Assembly: GCF_031769215.1 (NCBI RefSeq)
Contig: NW_026781951.1
Coordinates: 496,001 to 560,000 of the forward strand
Origin: Ylistrum balloti
Taxonomy: Eukaryota
DNA length: 64,000 nucleotides
Direction of reading: 5' to 3'
The notes under the pieces are model-generated. The model searched no databases. It was given only the letters and a program-made list of their open reading frames with translations, and was not told the DNA's origin. Positions 16,101 through 27,849 of the stretch are shown piece after piece. Position 1 is the stretch's first letter, and each line of letters opens with the position of its first letter. The translations under genes were made by a program, and so were the position numbers.

Positions 16101-16925
16101 GTAAAGTTGAGTACCGCAAAATGAGTTATCTGTATAGACCGGTTTCAACCAGTTTTCGTTAGTCAAATGTCAAAACAGTGCTTCGTTTATCGGATTTTTT
16201 CTAGCATTTTTTCATTCTCGGAATTTTCTAAACATGACATTACTTACATGGATTTGCATGGCAGATTTCGTAAATGAAACAGAAAACGCTTACGAAACAC
16301 CCGGTCTTATTCTTCTTGTACATTTTCAAGGTTCTCCACTTAGATATTTCTTTTAGTTCATCTGATGTCCTAGTTTAATGGAATTCGAGCTTGGATCATG
16401 ATTTAATTGACATGTTTGTTTTTTCAGTACCATTAAGTTATGTTTGTGATAGTTTGTAAATAAATGGTTATAGACTATTTTGCTACAATGAGGTTTAGCA
16501 TAAAAGCAGTCAAAAAAATTGAAATATTAGCAAAAGCATTGAAAAGTCCCCGAAATAACAGTTGCCATTTTGCGATAATATCTGAAAAAAATTTCCAAAA
16601 GAATTCATGAAATGTAAGTGTGATTGATTTAGCAAGCCATAAATCATCTTAAAATATTGTACACGTCAGGTGAATATCATATTTAAATACTAATGTCGCA
16701 GTTTATATCTAATTATCAATAAACACTGCAAGGAGCCACCATTATAGAGGTCTAGACTATGAAAATATAAAAAAGCAAACTAACAACTATCAACCAACGA
16801 AACAAATCCTCCCGATTCAATTATCATACATCGTCGATCTTGTCCGTTACTTCAATCGCAGACATGTGATAAGTCCATAATCTACGAGCATGTCTTTTGT
16901 CTTTTTTTGTTTTTTGTTTTTTTGT

Positions 16926-16967
<42 letters not shown>

Positions 16968-17884
16968 TTTATTTGTTTTGTTTTTTTCCAGTTTTTCCCT
17001 TGTTTTAAATTCTTTCAGTTCGATGATATTAAGTATAAATTACCAGTGTACAATGCGATTTTTCAACCTATTTAAACCATTCCTGTCTTAAATGCTTTTC
17101 TTCTCTTCACAGGAGAAGAAATGCAACGAATAGTCAAGTCCTTGAAAGAGTTCAGGCATTATTCAATTGTGAGTATGGCCAATACGTTCACGATGTCAAC
17201 TGGTGGCAAATCCTAAAATCTGGTGGCGCTGAGAAGGTCAACGATCGTCATTGGAAAATATCTCCACATTGTAAAGGAATTTGTTTAATGAAGTATATTA
17301 ATTTATGTTCAAAAGATGACTCCATAGTTAGCAAAATACCCAGAATAAGTATTAGCTTAGCATCAAAAATTTTAAACAAGTTACCGAACTTAAAAATCAT
17401 TCATCTCTTAAGAGATCCAAGAGCCATAATGAACTCCAGGAAGAAATATGACTGGACCCCTGTCCCAGGTGGCGCCATATCTTTATGCAACAAAATGACC
17501 GATGATTTTAGAGAATCACATGAAGTGAAAATTCTTTACCCCGGGAGATTATTGACCGTGTTTTACGAGGATATGGTAACAGATCCATTGAAGACCATAG
17601 GAGCAATGTATAACTTTTCAGGTTATGATTTCGATGCGGATGAACGACACCGGATACTTGACCAGATCAGAAATTCATCGAAAATCGCCACAGCCTGGAG
17701 AACACGTATACACGATGATGTCCTGACAGAGACAAACAAAGCATGTGCTCATTTGTATCCGGTTTTCGGATACCCGCAATTTGTGAATCGAATGGAAATT
17801 AATGATACAAACATCCCTCTCAGAATGAAGACGACAGGAAGAGAATTCCCTACAATATCGCCAAATAAGTCAAAGGATCGTTGA
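13158..17884 (+). CDS. Carbohydrate sulfotransferase-like paralogue B (exons 13158-13273, 15157-15390, 17113-17884; 373 aa)
   Basis: MMSPRLFLLAGILFTALLLSYMIY...VVR|gtaagt; LLIGYLGGGTSFTGDILG...FYLYEPL; HLLRDPRAIMNSR. Phase-2 introns; 1122 nt in frame. Confidence 0.9.
13572..14470 (+). mobile_element. Degenerate Tc1/mariner transposase fossil in CHST-B intron 1
   Basis: Frameshifted pieces read MVEDGITYRK.LDVSYSV (HTH-like), ISRRTLNKRRL...LRSHRPVKRPLLTESH, RNIRSG*RV, QILQPLV...NPLADRLILMDGNAKP (DDNA-like) and GKKVNARDP. TIRs not identified. Confidence 0.75.
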
Positions 17885-18485
17885 TGATAAGCATTCTATA
17901 TACTTATTTCTGACGGTAACTTTGTCGGAACACACCTGCTACATATATTTTTGCTATATTTTGCAGCGACGGAAAACAGCTGTATTTTAGCAGGTGCATT
18001 AATGGGTGTAAGTGTGTGTGAGTGTGGTGGTGGTGTTGATGTTGGTGATGGTGTGTTTGTGATCATGTCGGTGTGTGTGCTTTAAATCATCGGTTGCTGT
18101 ATAGGAAAACATTTATGCCTAAAGTACGACCGGTTTGTAAAATAGTACAAAACTTAGTTACATGTATACAAATAATGTGTAGCCAATAGTTAAAGCTTAA
18201 TATAAAGACAAATCCGTTTATAGAGAACTTTTATGAAAATATTCATAGTCACTGATATGTCATTATCTTAACATATTCCAATATTCGATATTATGGTATG
18301 TTTTTTAAAGTGGAGATAAACAAATTGTTGATTTGTTTGTATTCAGAAAATGTTTTAATAATCTAACTTATTTATCTTACAAAAATTCAAAACAAGTATT
18401 TCCAGGTTATGTATCAATCACTCTTGTTGACCTGGAGGATTGAAGAATTTGAGGTCGAGCATATGACCCTATATCTATTCTGATC

Positions 18486-18548
18486 CATTCCGGGATTTGA
18501 GCCCCGGACGCTTATGTGAAAGGCGAGCGCGTTATCAAAATACCACCA
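18486..18548 (-). mobile_element. tRNA(Glu)-like SINE head, degenerate
   Basis: Minus strand GGTGGTATTTTGATAACGCGCTCGCCTTTCACATAAGCGTCCGGGGCTCAAATCCCGGAATGG. Shares TCGCCTTTCAC and a B-box-like segment with the element at 30357. Confidence 0.5.
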
Positions 18549-18668
18549 TGCTTCAAAAATGTGTTCTTGTATTAAAAAACAGAAATTTGGACATGAAAGC
18601 CTTGACATTTATCTAAGAGTTCAGCACGTCCGCTGGCGATTATCAATATGTAAACGTCTAGAAAAACA

Positions 18669-19606
18669 GGTATTGATTTCCTAGGTAAAACAAGTGTTGA
18701 TTCCCTAGGTAAATCTAGTGTTGATTCCCTAGGTAAAATTTGTGTTGATTCCCAAGTTAAACATATGTTGATTAACTAGGTAAAACAGGTGTTGATTAGC
18801 AAGGTAAAACTAGTGTTGATTCCTTAGGTAAAACTAGTGTTGATTCCCTAGTTAAACAGGTGTTGATTATCTAGGTAAAACTAGTGTTGATTTCCTAGGT
18901 AAATCTAGTGTTGATTCCCTAGCTAAGTAAAACTAGTCTTGATTCCCTAGGTAAACATGTATTGATTCCCTTGGTAAAACTGGTGCTGATTCCCTAGGTA
19001 AACAAGTGTTGATTCCCTAGGTAAAACTGGTGCTGATTCCCTAGGTAAAACTAGTGTTGATTCCCTAGGTAAAACTAGTGTTGATTTCCTAGGTGAAACT
19101 AGTGTTGATTCCCTAGTTAAACAAGTGTTGATTCCCTAGTTAAACAAGTGTTGATTCCCTAGGTAAATCTAGTGTTGATTCCCTAGGTAAAATTTGTGTT
19201 GATTCCCAAGTTAAAGATATGTTGATTAACTAGGTAAAAGAGGTGTTGATTAGCAAGGTAAATCTAGTGTTGATTTCCTAGGTAAACAGGTATTGATTCC
19301 CTGGGTAAAACTAGTGTTGATTCCCTAGGTAAATCTAGTGTTGATTCCCTAGGTATAACTAGTTTAGATTCCCTAGGTAAAACTAGTGTTGATTCCCTAG
19401 TTAAACAGGTGTTGATTATCTAGGTTAAACTAGTGTTGATTCCCTAGGTAAATCTAGTGTTGATTCCCTAGGTAAAATTAGTGTTGATTATATAGGTAAA
19501 ACTTGTGCTGATATCCTAGGTAAAACTAGTGTTGATTCCCTAAGTAAAACTAGTGTTGATTCCCTAAGTAAAACTAGTGTTGATTCCCTAGGTAAAACTA
19601 GTGTTG
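18669..19606. repeat. 23-24-bp minisatellite (TTGATTCCCTAGGTAAAACTAGTG), ~39 copies
   Basis: Direct periodicity, e.g. GTTGATT at 19531 and 19555. Confidence 0.95.
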
Positions 19607-20281
19607 CGACGTTCATTGCTCCTAATCAACATCGAATATGTATTCGCGTAGTAGGCTGACATAGTCAAGTAAACATTTTTCATGTTCATGTTAATTATTG
19701 AATTGTTGACAGCTCTAAGACTGGAGAGGACTTGAATTGCGAATTAAAACTGACATGATGTACTGTGCAAGTATGGCTTCTTCCTACAAGGTAAGTCTCC
19801 TTGTGATGGATTAGAACTTCCACCGACTTTATCGTGCTACACTTGTAATCACGTTGACGTTTACTACAGAAGACGACCACAAGGACTTTCCACCTGGTAA
19901 TGTTATTCTGAGAACAATGCCGAATGCTTAACAGTGAGTCGTAATTACATTTGGTAGTCTATTACATCTTCCGCCCAGAAGACAACCAAAATTCTCACTC
20001 ACAGCGAAGAATCCTCAACAAAACCCAGACTGAGGCAGAGTCAAATGAGTCACAAAGGGAAACAGTAGCTGATTGTTGTTTTGACAGAAGAAACAAAATC
20101 AGACCCCGATTCTAAAAACTTCTTAAGAATAGTACGATGGACCAATCCTAACTCATTTCCTGTATTGTTTCAAAAAACAAAAACAAAAAATAACAAAAAT
20201 AAAATAGTGGTCGGAAACCAACCATACATGATTTCATGTGATTTCCATGCTTTACTGTACATCGTCTAGCGGTAGATTTCC

Positions 20282-20615
20282 CAAGTACACTGCATGGTAG
20301 AGTGTAATTTAACACCCCTACTCGTCCCTCAAATCAGTCTTCATGTCATCACAGAGGGAAGTTTTACAAGTACACTGCATGGTAGAGTGTAATTTAACAC
20401 CCCTACTCGTCCCTCAAATCAGTCTTCATGTCATCACAGAGGGAAGTTTTACAAGTACATTGCATGGTAGAGTGTAATTTAAGACCCCTACCCGTCCCTC
20501 AAATCAGTCTTCATGTCATCACAGAGGGAAGTTTTACAAGTACATTGCATGGTAGAGTGTAATTTAAGACCCCTACCCGTCCCTCAAATCAGCCTTCATG
20601 TCATCACAGAGAGAA
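20282..20615. repeat. 85-bp tandem repeat, ~4 copies
   Basis: CAAGTACA starts at 20282, 20367, 20452 and 20537. Confidence 0.95.
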
Positions 20616-22038
20616 ATTTATTTTACTTTTTCTGATTTCGAAAAGATTTACTGTATAATTGGTAATATTCGCGGCATTTAATTTCATGATATTCGCGGTC
20701 ACAAATCTCAAAATTAATTACTGAGCAATATTTCACCACAAATAAGCAAATCTCTTATATACACAGATAACAATGCACAAACATGCGCGAAATGTATTCA
20801 TCGTGAAAAAGCCAAAACTCGAACAACCGCAAAATATTATCCCCGCGAAACTTAACAACCATACAGTATCTTTGAAATAGTTTACCTATTTACTTCTACT
20901 CAAAATAGGCGTTTGGTGATGGAGGTTAAACGCAAAAGAAGTTATAAATTGAAGTATGGTTGAAGATATGTATCAATTGTTCAAAATCAACTGTTTACTT
21001 TAAGAAAGGTTCCAGTTATTGTCCTGACAATCTTATGTGTGTTGAATCAAACAATCTAAAATTCTAATGTGACATTTTCATTATTCGTTATTATAACGGT
21101 AAAATGATTTTCTTATATTTTTTTTCACCATTGCATTTATTAGAGGAAATCCGTCGTATCTGTCTATCAATAGTCTGGATATATATTTTTTTCCGTCATA
21201 TATGATAACGCATGCGCACAAAACGTGGCACTGCTGGTGATTGATGTCACTTATTTCGTATTTCTGAATTGACTAAGAGTTATCAACATCAGTCATACCC
21301 ACGGTAACATCCAATTCTAAAAAACGGGATTTTACTTACTGTGTCACTACTGTCGCTTGTCATTTTTGCCCGCCGTCATGTGCACGTTTTCAAAACCATT
21401 ACGTAGCTTTATCAACGCTAAATTTGAAAGGGGTTCACTAAACCAAAGAACCTGGACTTTGGAAACTGACTGTGAATATCAGGATAGCATAGAAACGAAA
21501 ATGGAAGTATAGAAAAACACGTACCCTCAATAAAAAAAAACTAATGTTTTTACTGTGATGTCGCTTTAGTCTTTTACGTGTGCTACTTTTGCTGTTCGCC
21601 TGCGCTCTTTTACTTTAATCTTTTGACCCAAGTCCGTAGCATACAATTAACCAAAAATCACAATAGTAATCAATGTGACTTTTGACCTCTGTTGCACGCA
21701 TCGCCAACACTGAAATTTCCGTGAGCATTTAGGCGTAATTTCGTATTGTTAATGCGTACAATGATCTGTAATACAATCGACGATAGACTATGTGATCACA
21801 AATAGGTACACAACTAGATAACGAAATCTTCATAAAGCCGACATGATTGTAGCCAATGAATCATTATTGAAACAACGCGTATTCCAGTCATTGACACATA
21901 TTCAAAAGCACTAACCAAGGTAAACATTGTTAATGAATCGTCGTGACAGAAGACACCGACTGCTAGTCTAGTTATGTGTTTGTCTGGTTTTGGTTTATCT
22001 GTTGGTCTATGATATTGATAGTTCTCTACAGCAATATA

Positions 22039-24999
22039 ATGCTACGGCGAACATATATAATTTGTTTGTTACTTGTCACGGCATTTTCACTATGTCTCAA
22101 TGTGTATATTTCAATTCACAAGGACAATATCAGCAATGAAAGGTTGTTGGAGAAACGATTAGATCGGTACGTATTTAGTTTTAATTCTTTTCGACTTACT
22201 GCTGTATACTTATTTCATCATTTAACTGTTTATTCGTCTTTATATTTTTACTTTTCTTTTTATTTTCCCCATTTTGTTTCTTTTTTATTCTTCTTTTTCT
22301 GTAATAATTGGAATTCTCTAGATAAAACAAAAACAACGAAAATGACTTCCTGACAATATCGTAACATGTATTTAATAATAACCCTTTCCAAAACGCGTAA
22401 TATAAGGAGATTTCACTTACCTCGGCATGTGTCTGTAAGGTAGGAAAATAATGGTAGGAAATTATGTTTGTATGTCGCTTTGTTTCTTTGAACAATTGTA
22501 TTACATTGTGCTTAAAAACTTTGACAATTCCTTTTAACGGTTCAATGAAGTATTTATTTCTTTTACATCGCAATGTTTACTGCAATAGATTGATTCTGTA
22601 TCCTAATTATTTCACACGTGCTATATAACTGGAGCAAATGATGGAAAGCGATACAACGACCGTGGCGTTCTGGCGACTGTGGTCTTCATCAGTCAATCGT
22701 ATGTTCACGTTTAATATTAACAGAGGGAAAAACAACTTAAAACAGGGTTGGAGCCAACAGAGAACAATGCGATATATCATGCCCATAGTTGTATAGATGG
22801 TGGCGCGGCTCAGAATATACACATGTACCTGTTCTTCTGAAATTAATGTATGTATATAAATCCCCCCGTCTAGAATTTTACAACCGCCATAGGTTTCAAA
22901 ACTTAAGCCCTTAGCATCACTGACGAGCCCTGGAAGAACGAAGCAGATGTATGATGTAGCATCACTGACGAGTCCTAGAAGAATGAAGCGTTGTACGATG
23001 TAACATCACTGACGAGCCCTCGAAGAACGAAGCAGTTGTATGATGTAACATGACTGACGAGCCCTAGAAGAACGAAGCAGTTGTATGATGTAACATCACT
23101 GACGAGTCCTAGAAGAATGAAGCAGTTGTACGATGTAACATCACTGACAAGCCCTAGAAGAATGAAGCAGTTGTATGATGTAGCATCACTGACGAGTCCT
23201 AGAAGAATGAAGCGTTGTACGATGTAACATCACTGACAAGCCCTAGAAGAATGAAGCAGTTGTACGATGTAACATCACTGACAAGCCCTAGAAGAATGAA
23301 GCAGTTGTATGATGTAACATCACTGACGAGTCCTAGAAGAATGAAGCAGTTCTATGATGCTGTTCGATTCATTGTTCGCTTTAATGTACCTAGGACTAAA
23401 TTTGTGTTAAGAATTGGTTTTCACGTTTTGTCTTTTGCATAACTTTAGAAAATAGTATTGTCTTATTTACACTTTATTTACAGGTCGTATGGCGACAATT
23501 CGCATCAAAACGGCTCCTTAACGAAGCACGATATGCAAGTAAAAAAGTCACGTGACTTACTACTGGTGGGTTATTTGGGAGGTGGAACAACGTTTATGGG
23601 AGATATTCTTGGTTCAAGGAATAATAGCTTCTACTTGTATGAACCACTTTACTCTATGGCGCAGTTTGGATATTTCAAGCCTGGACACCAGTGCAGTATG
23701 ACGGGGGGATGCAGGTTCGTTAATAACAGCTTATATGAAAATAATAATGATATCACATGTAACCGATCTTCAAAGCTATATCTTTTAAGGTAAAAAGTTA
23801 ATACGAAATATATCCTTCCAGGAATTAATCAACATTGAAAATCAGAACTTCATTTCTTAGCTTATGTCAGAAATTCCATTTCCAGCAGCAGTTACGTTTA
23901 GATATTTAAAGTTAATTAATCATTTTTTTTAATTATGAAACATTCCTTTAGCTCATGTCTTCGTTACGTGCTGCAGTGTTTTCCATATCACATATCCTTC
24001 AGTCATACAATGATTGTGTACTTCCCTACTCAGTTTCCATTAGCGATATATTTCTCCTTCATAATGCCTGTCATAGTCTCAAATTAACACGTGAAACAGA
24101 AACTGCGAAACATGCACAGGTTACGGAATCATCCGAGCATGCTTGTGGTTACAAGTTCACTTTCGTTTATTTTCAGTTCGATAATACCAAGCTAGGTAAA
24201 CACAGACGTGACTGTACTGTGTTTTAACTACGAGAAATGAACAAATTTCTTTTCGCTTCTTTTTTCATCTTACAGGAAGAATGCTCAGATTGATGACCAC
24301 GTTCTAAAAATAGTTCATGCTATATTCAGCTGTGAGTATGACCATTTCAACCACAATATCACCTGGTGGCAAACTGCTGCCTCTAAAATATCCAATGATC
24401 AAAGATGGGAACAGTCTTTTCTGGGTTGTAATGTAAATTGTTCGAGAAAGTATTTGAGTTTATGTTCACAACATGGTTCAATTGTTAGCAAAATGCCGAG
24501 GATAAGCATCGGCTTAGCCTCAAAACTTTTGAACAGGTTACCGAACTTGAAAATAGTTCATCTTTTGAGAGATCCTAGAGCTATCATGAACTCGAGGAAA
24601 AAATATGACTGGACCCCTGTCCCAAGTGGTGCCATATCATTATGTTACAAAATGTTCGATGATGTTCTTGAAGCGGAAAAAGTGAAAACAGCTTATCCCA
24701 CCAGGCTGTATACCGTATATTACGAAGATATGGTCATGGAACCTCTTGAAACATTTGAGAAAATCTACAACTTTACGGGCTATAATTTCGATGCAAATGA
24801 AAAAACTCGAATCCTTGATAAGATGCAAAATTCTACGAGAATAGCAAAGGCTTGGAGAAACGGTATAGACGATAAAATCTTGAGGGAAACCAACAAAGCG
24901 TGCACTCGATTATATCCGCGACTAGGATACCCACAAATTTCGAATTTATTAGAAATCAAAAACATGAGCATTCCACTAAGAAATAAAGTAATCGGGTAA
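22039..24999 (+). CDS. Carbohydrate sulfotransferase-like paralogue C (exons 22039-22166, 23484-23714, 24276-24999; 360 aa)
   Basis: MLRRTYIICLLLVTAFSLCLNVYISI...LDR|gtacgt; LLVGYLGGGTTFMGDILG...FYLYEPL; HLLRDPRAIMNSR. Phase-2 introns; 1083 nt in frame. Confidence 0.9.
22914..23360 (+). repeat. 45-bp minisatellite, 10 units, each a hammerhead-ribozyme-like monomer; ends ~120 nt before the CHST-C exon-2 acceptor
   Basis: Unit ACATCA-CTGACGA-GCCCTAGAAGAAC-GAAGC-AGTT-GTA-TGATGT-A. ACATCA and TGATGT are exact reverse complements flanking the core. Confidence 0.9.
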
Positions 25000-25904
25000 A
25001 GTCTTTCAAATATCTCTTTAACGTTTTGGCCACAGATGTAACACAGTCAAAGCTACAGTTGACTATGGGTAAATACTGTTCCTCAGTCCATTGTTTTATG
25101 AGTATAAAGTGAAAACTCGCTGAAAGACCACCAAAATTGTGACCACTTTTACTTTTAAGGTCAATTTTGATAGTTGCATGGATCAGTCTCGCATTGAATT
25201 TGACTTCACAACCTAATCAGACCAATGACCAGTCACAAAAATTCCCAAAAGTACCTGGTGTGTAATGCATTCCATCGCGTACAGATGGTAGTGGTTATTT
25301 AGTTGTATCTAAGGGTCAAACAGGCTTCCAAGATATACTTACTGTAGGTATGACGCAGTTATATTAATAGACTGTTTTTATTGATTGAAAATATGGGCAA
25401 AAGTTACCATAATCGGGAATTGTCTCTTTTTGGTTGCACCAAATATATTGCCCAGACAGTTTCGCCGGCGAGTCCTTTTACCCAAGCATATATCACTAAT
25501 CTGATCACGTCAATAGAAACTGCATTCAATATAATGAAAAGAGATAGGTGGGGTCAGTTTTTTTTAAAGATTTATTGTGTAAAACTGGGTTCATTTGATC
25601 GATTAACCCTAATCGAAAATCTGGCTTATCATAGCTTATATACAACGATTTACATCAGCATAAGGTTGTAAGTAGAAGCAAATCTTTTCACAAGATGGCC
25701 AATGCAATCATAGGTTTTAAGGAGATAACCTTTGATAAAGTGCCTCATTAACATTCATGTGTAAATGATGTCACTGAAACAATGCAACATAAGAGGATAT
25801 TGGAAAATAAAATGGAATTGCTAATTACGTAACATATACAGCCTCTGCTTTGTAAGGATAGTCTCTCCTATCTATGCTTAATATGTGAAAACGAAACTCA
25901 CACA

Positions 25905-26122
25905 CAATATAACTAGGTTTAAATCTGCGTTAAAGAACTCTTATATCTCACACTACGTTTAAATCTGAGTTTAAAAACCCTGATATCTTACACTACGTTT
26001 AAATATGAGTTAAAAAAAACCCTGGTATCTTACACTACGTTTAAATATGAGTTTAAAAAAACCCTGATATCTTACACTACTGATATCTTACACTACGTTT
26101 AAATCTCAGTTAAAGAACCCTG
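25905..26122. repeat. ~40-42-bp tandem repeat (GATATCTTACACTACGTTTAAATATGAGTTAAAAAACCCT), ~5 copies
   Basis: CACTACGTTTAAAT recurs at 25951, 25991, 26033 and ~26091. Confidence 0.85.
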
Positions 26123-27849
26123 AGTAAAAAATAGAAAATAGAACTGGATATAGAATTATTTTTTTTTAAACAAAATCAAAAAGGTTGGAAACCGTACCGT
26201 ATTGGTCGGCCAAATACCGAGATATTGGTGTGTACGATTTTCATCTGTCCTGCTACTACTAATCAGCCTAAGGATGACTGAATGGGACCCTATCGGCTGT
26301 GACATCAAAAGTTCAACATCTGGTTACAGTCGCCATAGTGAGAATAGGCGAGATCGAGAACAACCGTATATGCTACGTTAGGTTCCAAATGAATGTTTTT
26401 GAGGATTCTGATAATTCAGACGATAAAATCATGTAGACGGTAAAACGTCGTATGAAATTTGCCTTAAATTATCACTTTAAACGTATTTATTGTCAACCTT
26501 AAAACAAGGGATGAGGCACCAGTTATATACAATTATATATGGAAACAATTGCTATCATGGCAATTTGTATACATTGTATGTCTACAATAAATATTTTTTA
26601 TAAAAATCAAAATTTGTTACTAGACTTTCTGTAGGACTGCACTTGTCTGAAGAAATTTGAATTAAGGCATGTGGTAAGATGAAGACATTTTTAATGAAAT
26701 TTTATATCGAAATATTTACGACACCCACATGTATAAAACAACGAGAAACTCGATCAGACAAGGAACTCCACAGAGTAATATTTGAAAAAAGAAAACCAGC
26801 CAGAAGATGTTTATTAAGCCAGATTCATTCCGAAACATGTGCCCCTCTGCAATATAAATTGCTAAGTACTGTACATTTGTATTTCAAATTTGCATTTCAT
26901 GCTTTCTTGTCCTAAGGAGAGATGTATGACCGCAACCTGTACATTGTTCATTGGTTTTATTGCGATTTCACATACACACAAAGTAAACAACATATGTATT
27001 TCCTGGCCATAGGTGTTGTGGGTTATTTATAAAACAGGTGCGAATGACAGTTTTAATCTAGGGTTGAACTTTACCAACAATGTTGTTTTATAGGCCAGAG
27101 TCTGTAAAACGCTTTACGTTAATATGAAAAATGGTTAAGTGATGGAATATAGTGACATGATGTGGAACCAATTATATTTGTATATAGTTTAATTTTGAAT
27201 ATTAACCTATTTTCAAATCAGCTGAGCTTGCTAGAAACCATCGTAAGCACAGATATTCAAAAGTTTGTTTAGTTTGCTCGATTTCTAAGTTACTTGTAAC
27301 ATACACACGTAAAATCTTTCTTTTGAATAATGATTGAAGTAATTAAATTGATAAATTGTTTTCCCAAAGCAGATTTAACAGTAAAATGATGTTGTCATCG
27401 ATCAACAGTTATTTTGTTAAATTAGAAAGACACAAAGCAGGAGCCATTGAATTCACGCCAAAGTACGTAACAATCAAATATAGACCACAATTTGTATATC
27501 TAAGCGACCGACAATAGTTACATACTGATTTTCATGAGTTGGTTAATAATTGTGATCACCACTTTCTTCAAATAACCGTGAAATTTGCTATAAAAAACAA
27601 GGATAGTTTATAAGTTACATAATATATAATTGTCTAATGCAATCATCCACAAACTTTTGAAAAATGATCGTCGTTCATAGTCATTTTATACATCACGTGA
27701 TTGACGTTAATCGGTTAAACGGTTCAAAGTCAAATGAATACGATAAAAGGACAAAAAGGCAAAGTTGCTTTTATTAACCAACCAAAGTTGACGCTTTTCC
27801 ATTTGAAAGGCATTTAGGGTGGATAAATGATATCATCATCCTATGAATT

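Noticed and set aside
16890-17091. Phe-rich ORFs, and similar short ORFs at 29515, 33386 and 43876
   Set aside because: They are translations of poly-T/poly-A runs or minisatellites.
22630-22700. Minus-strand CTGATGAAGACC...GGTC as a hammerhead; similar partial hits at ~12070-12105, ~15015-15035 and ~52463
   Set aside because: Each lacks either the GAAA core or the CUGANGA box in the right spacing.
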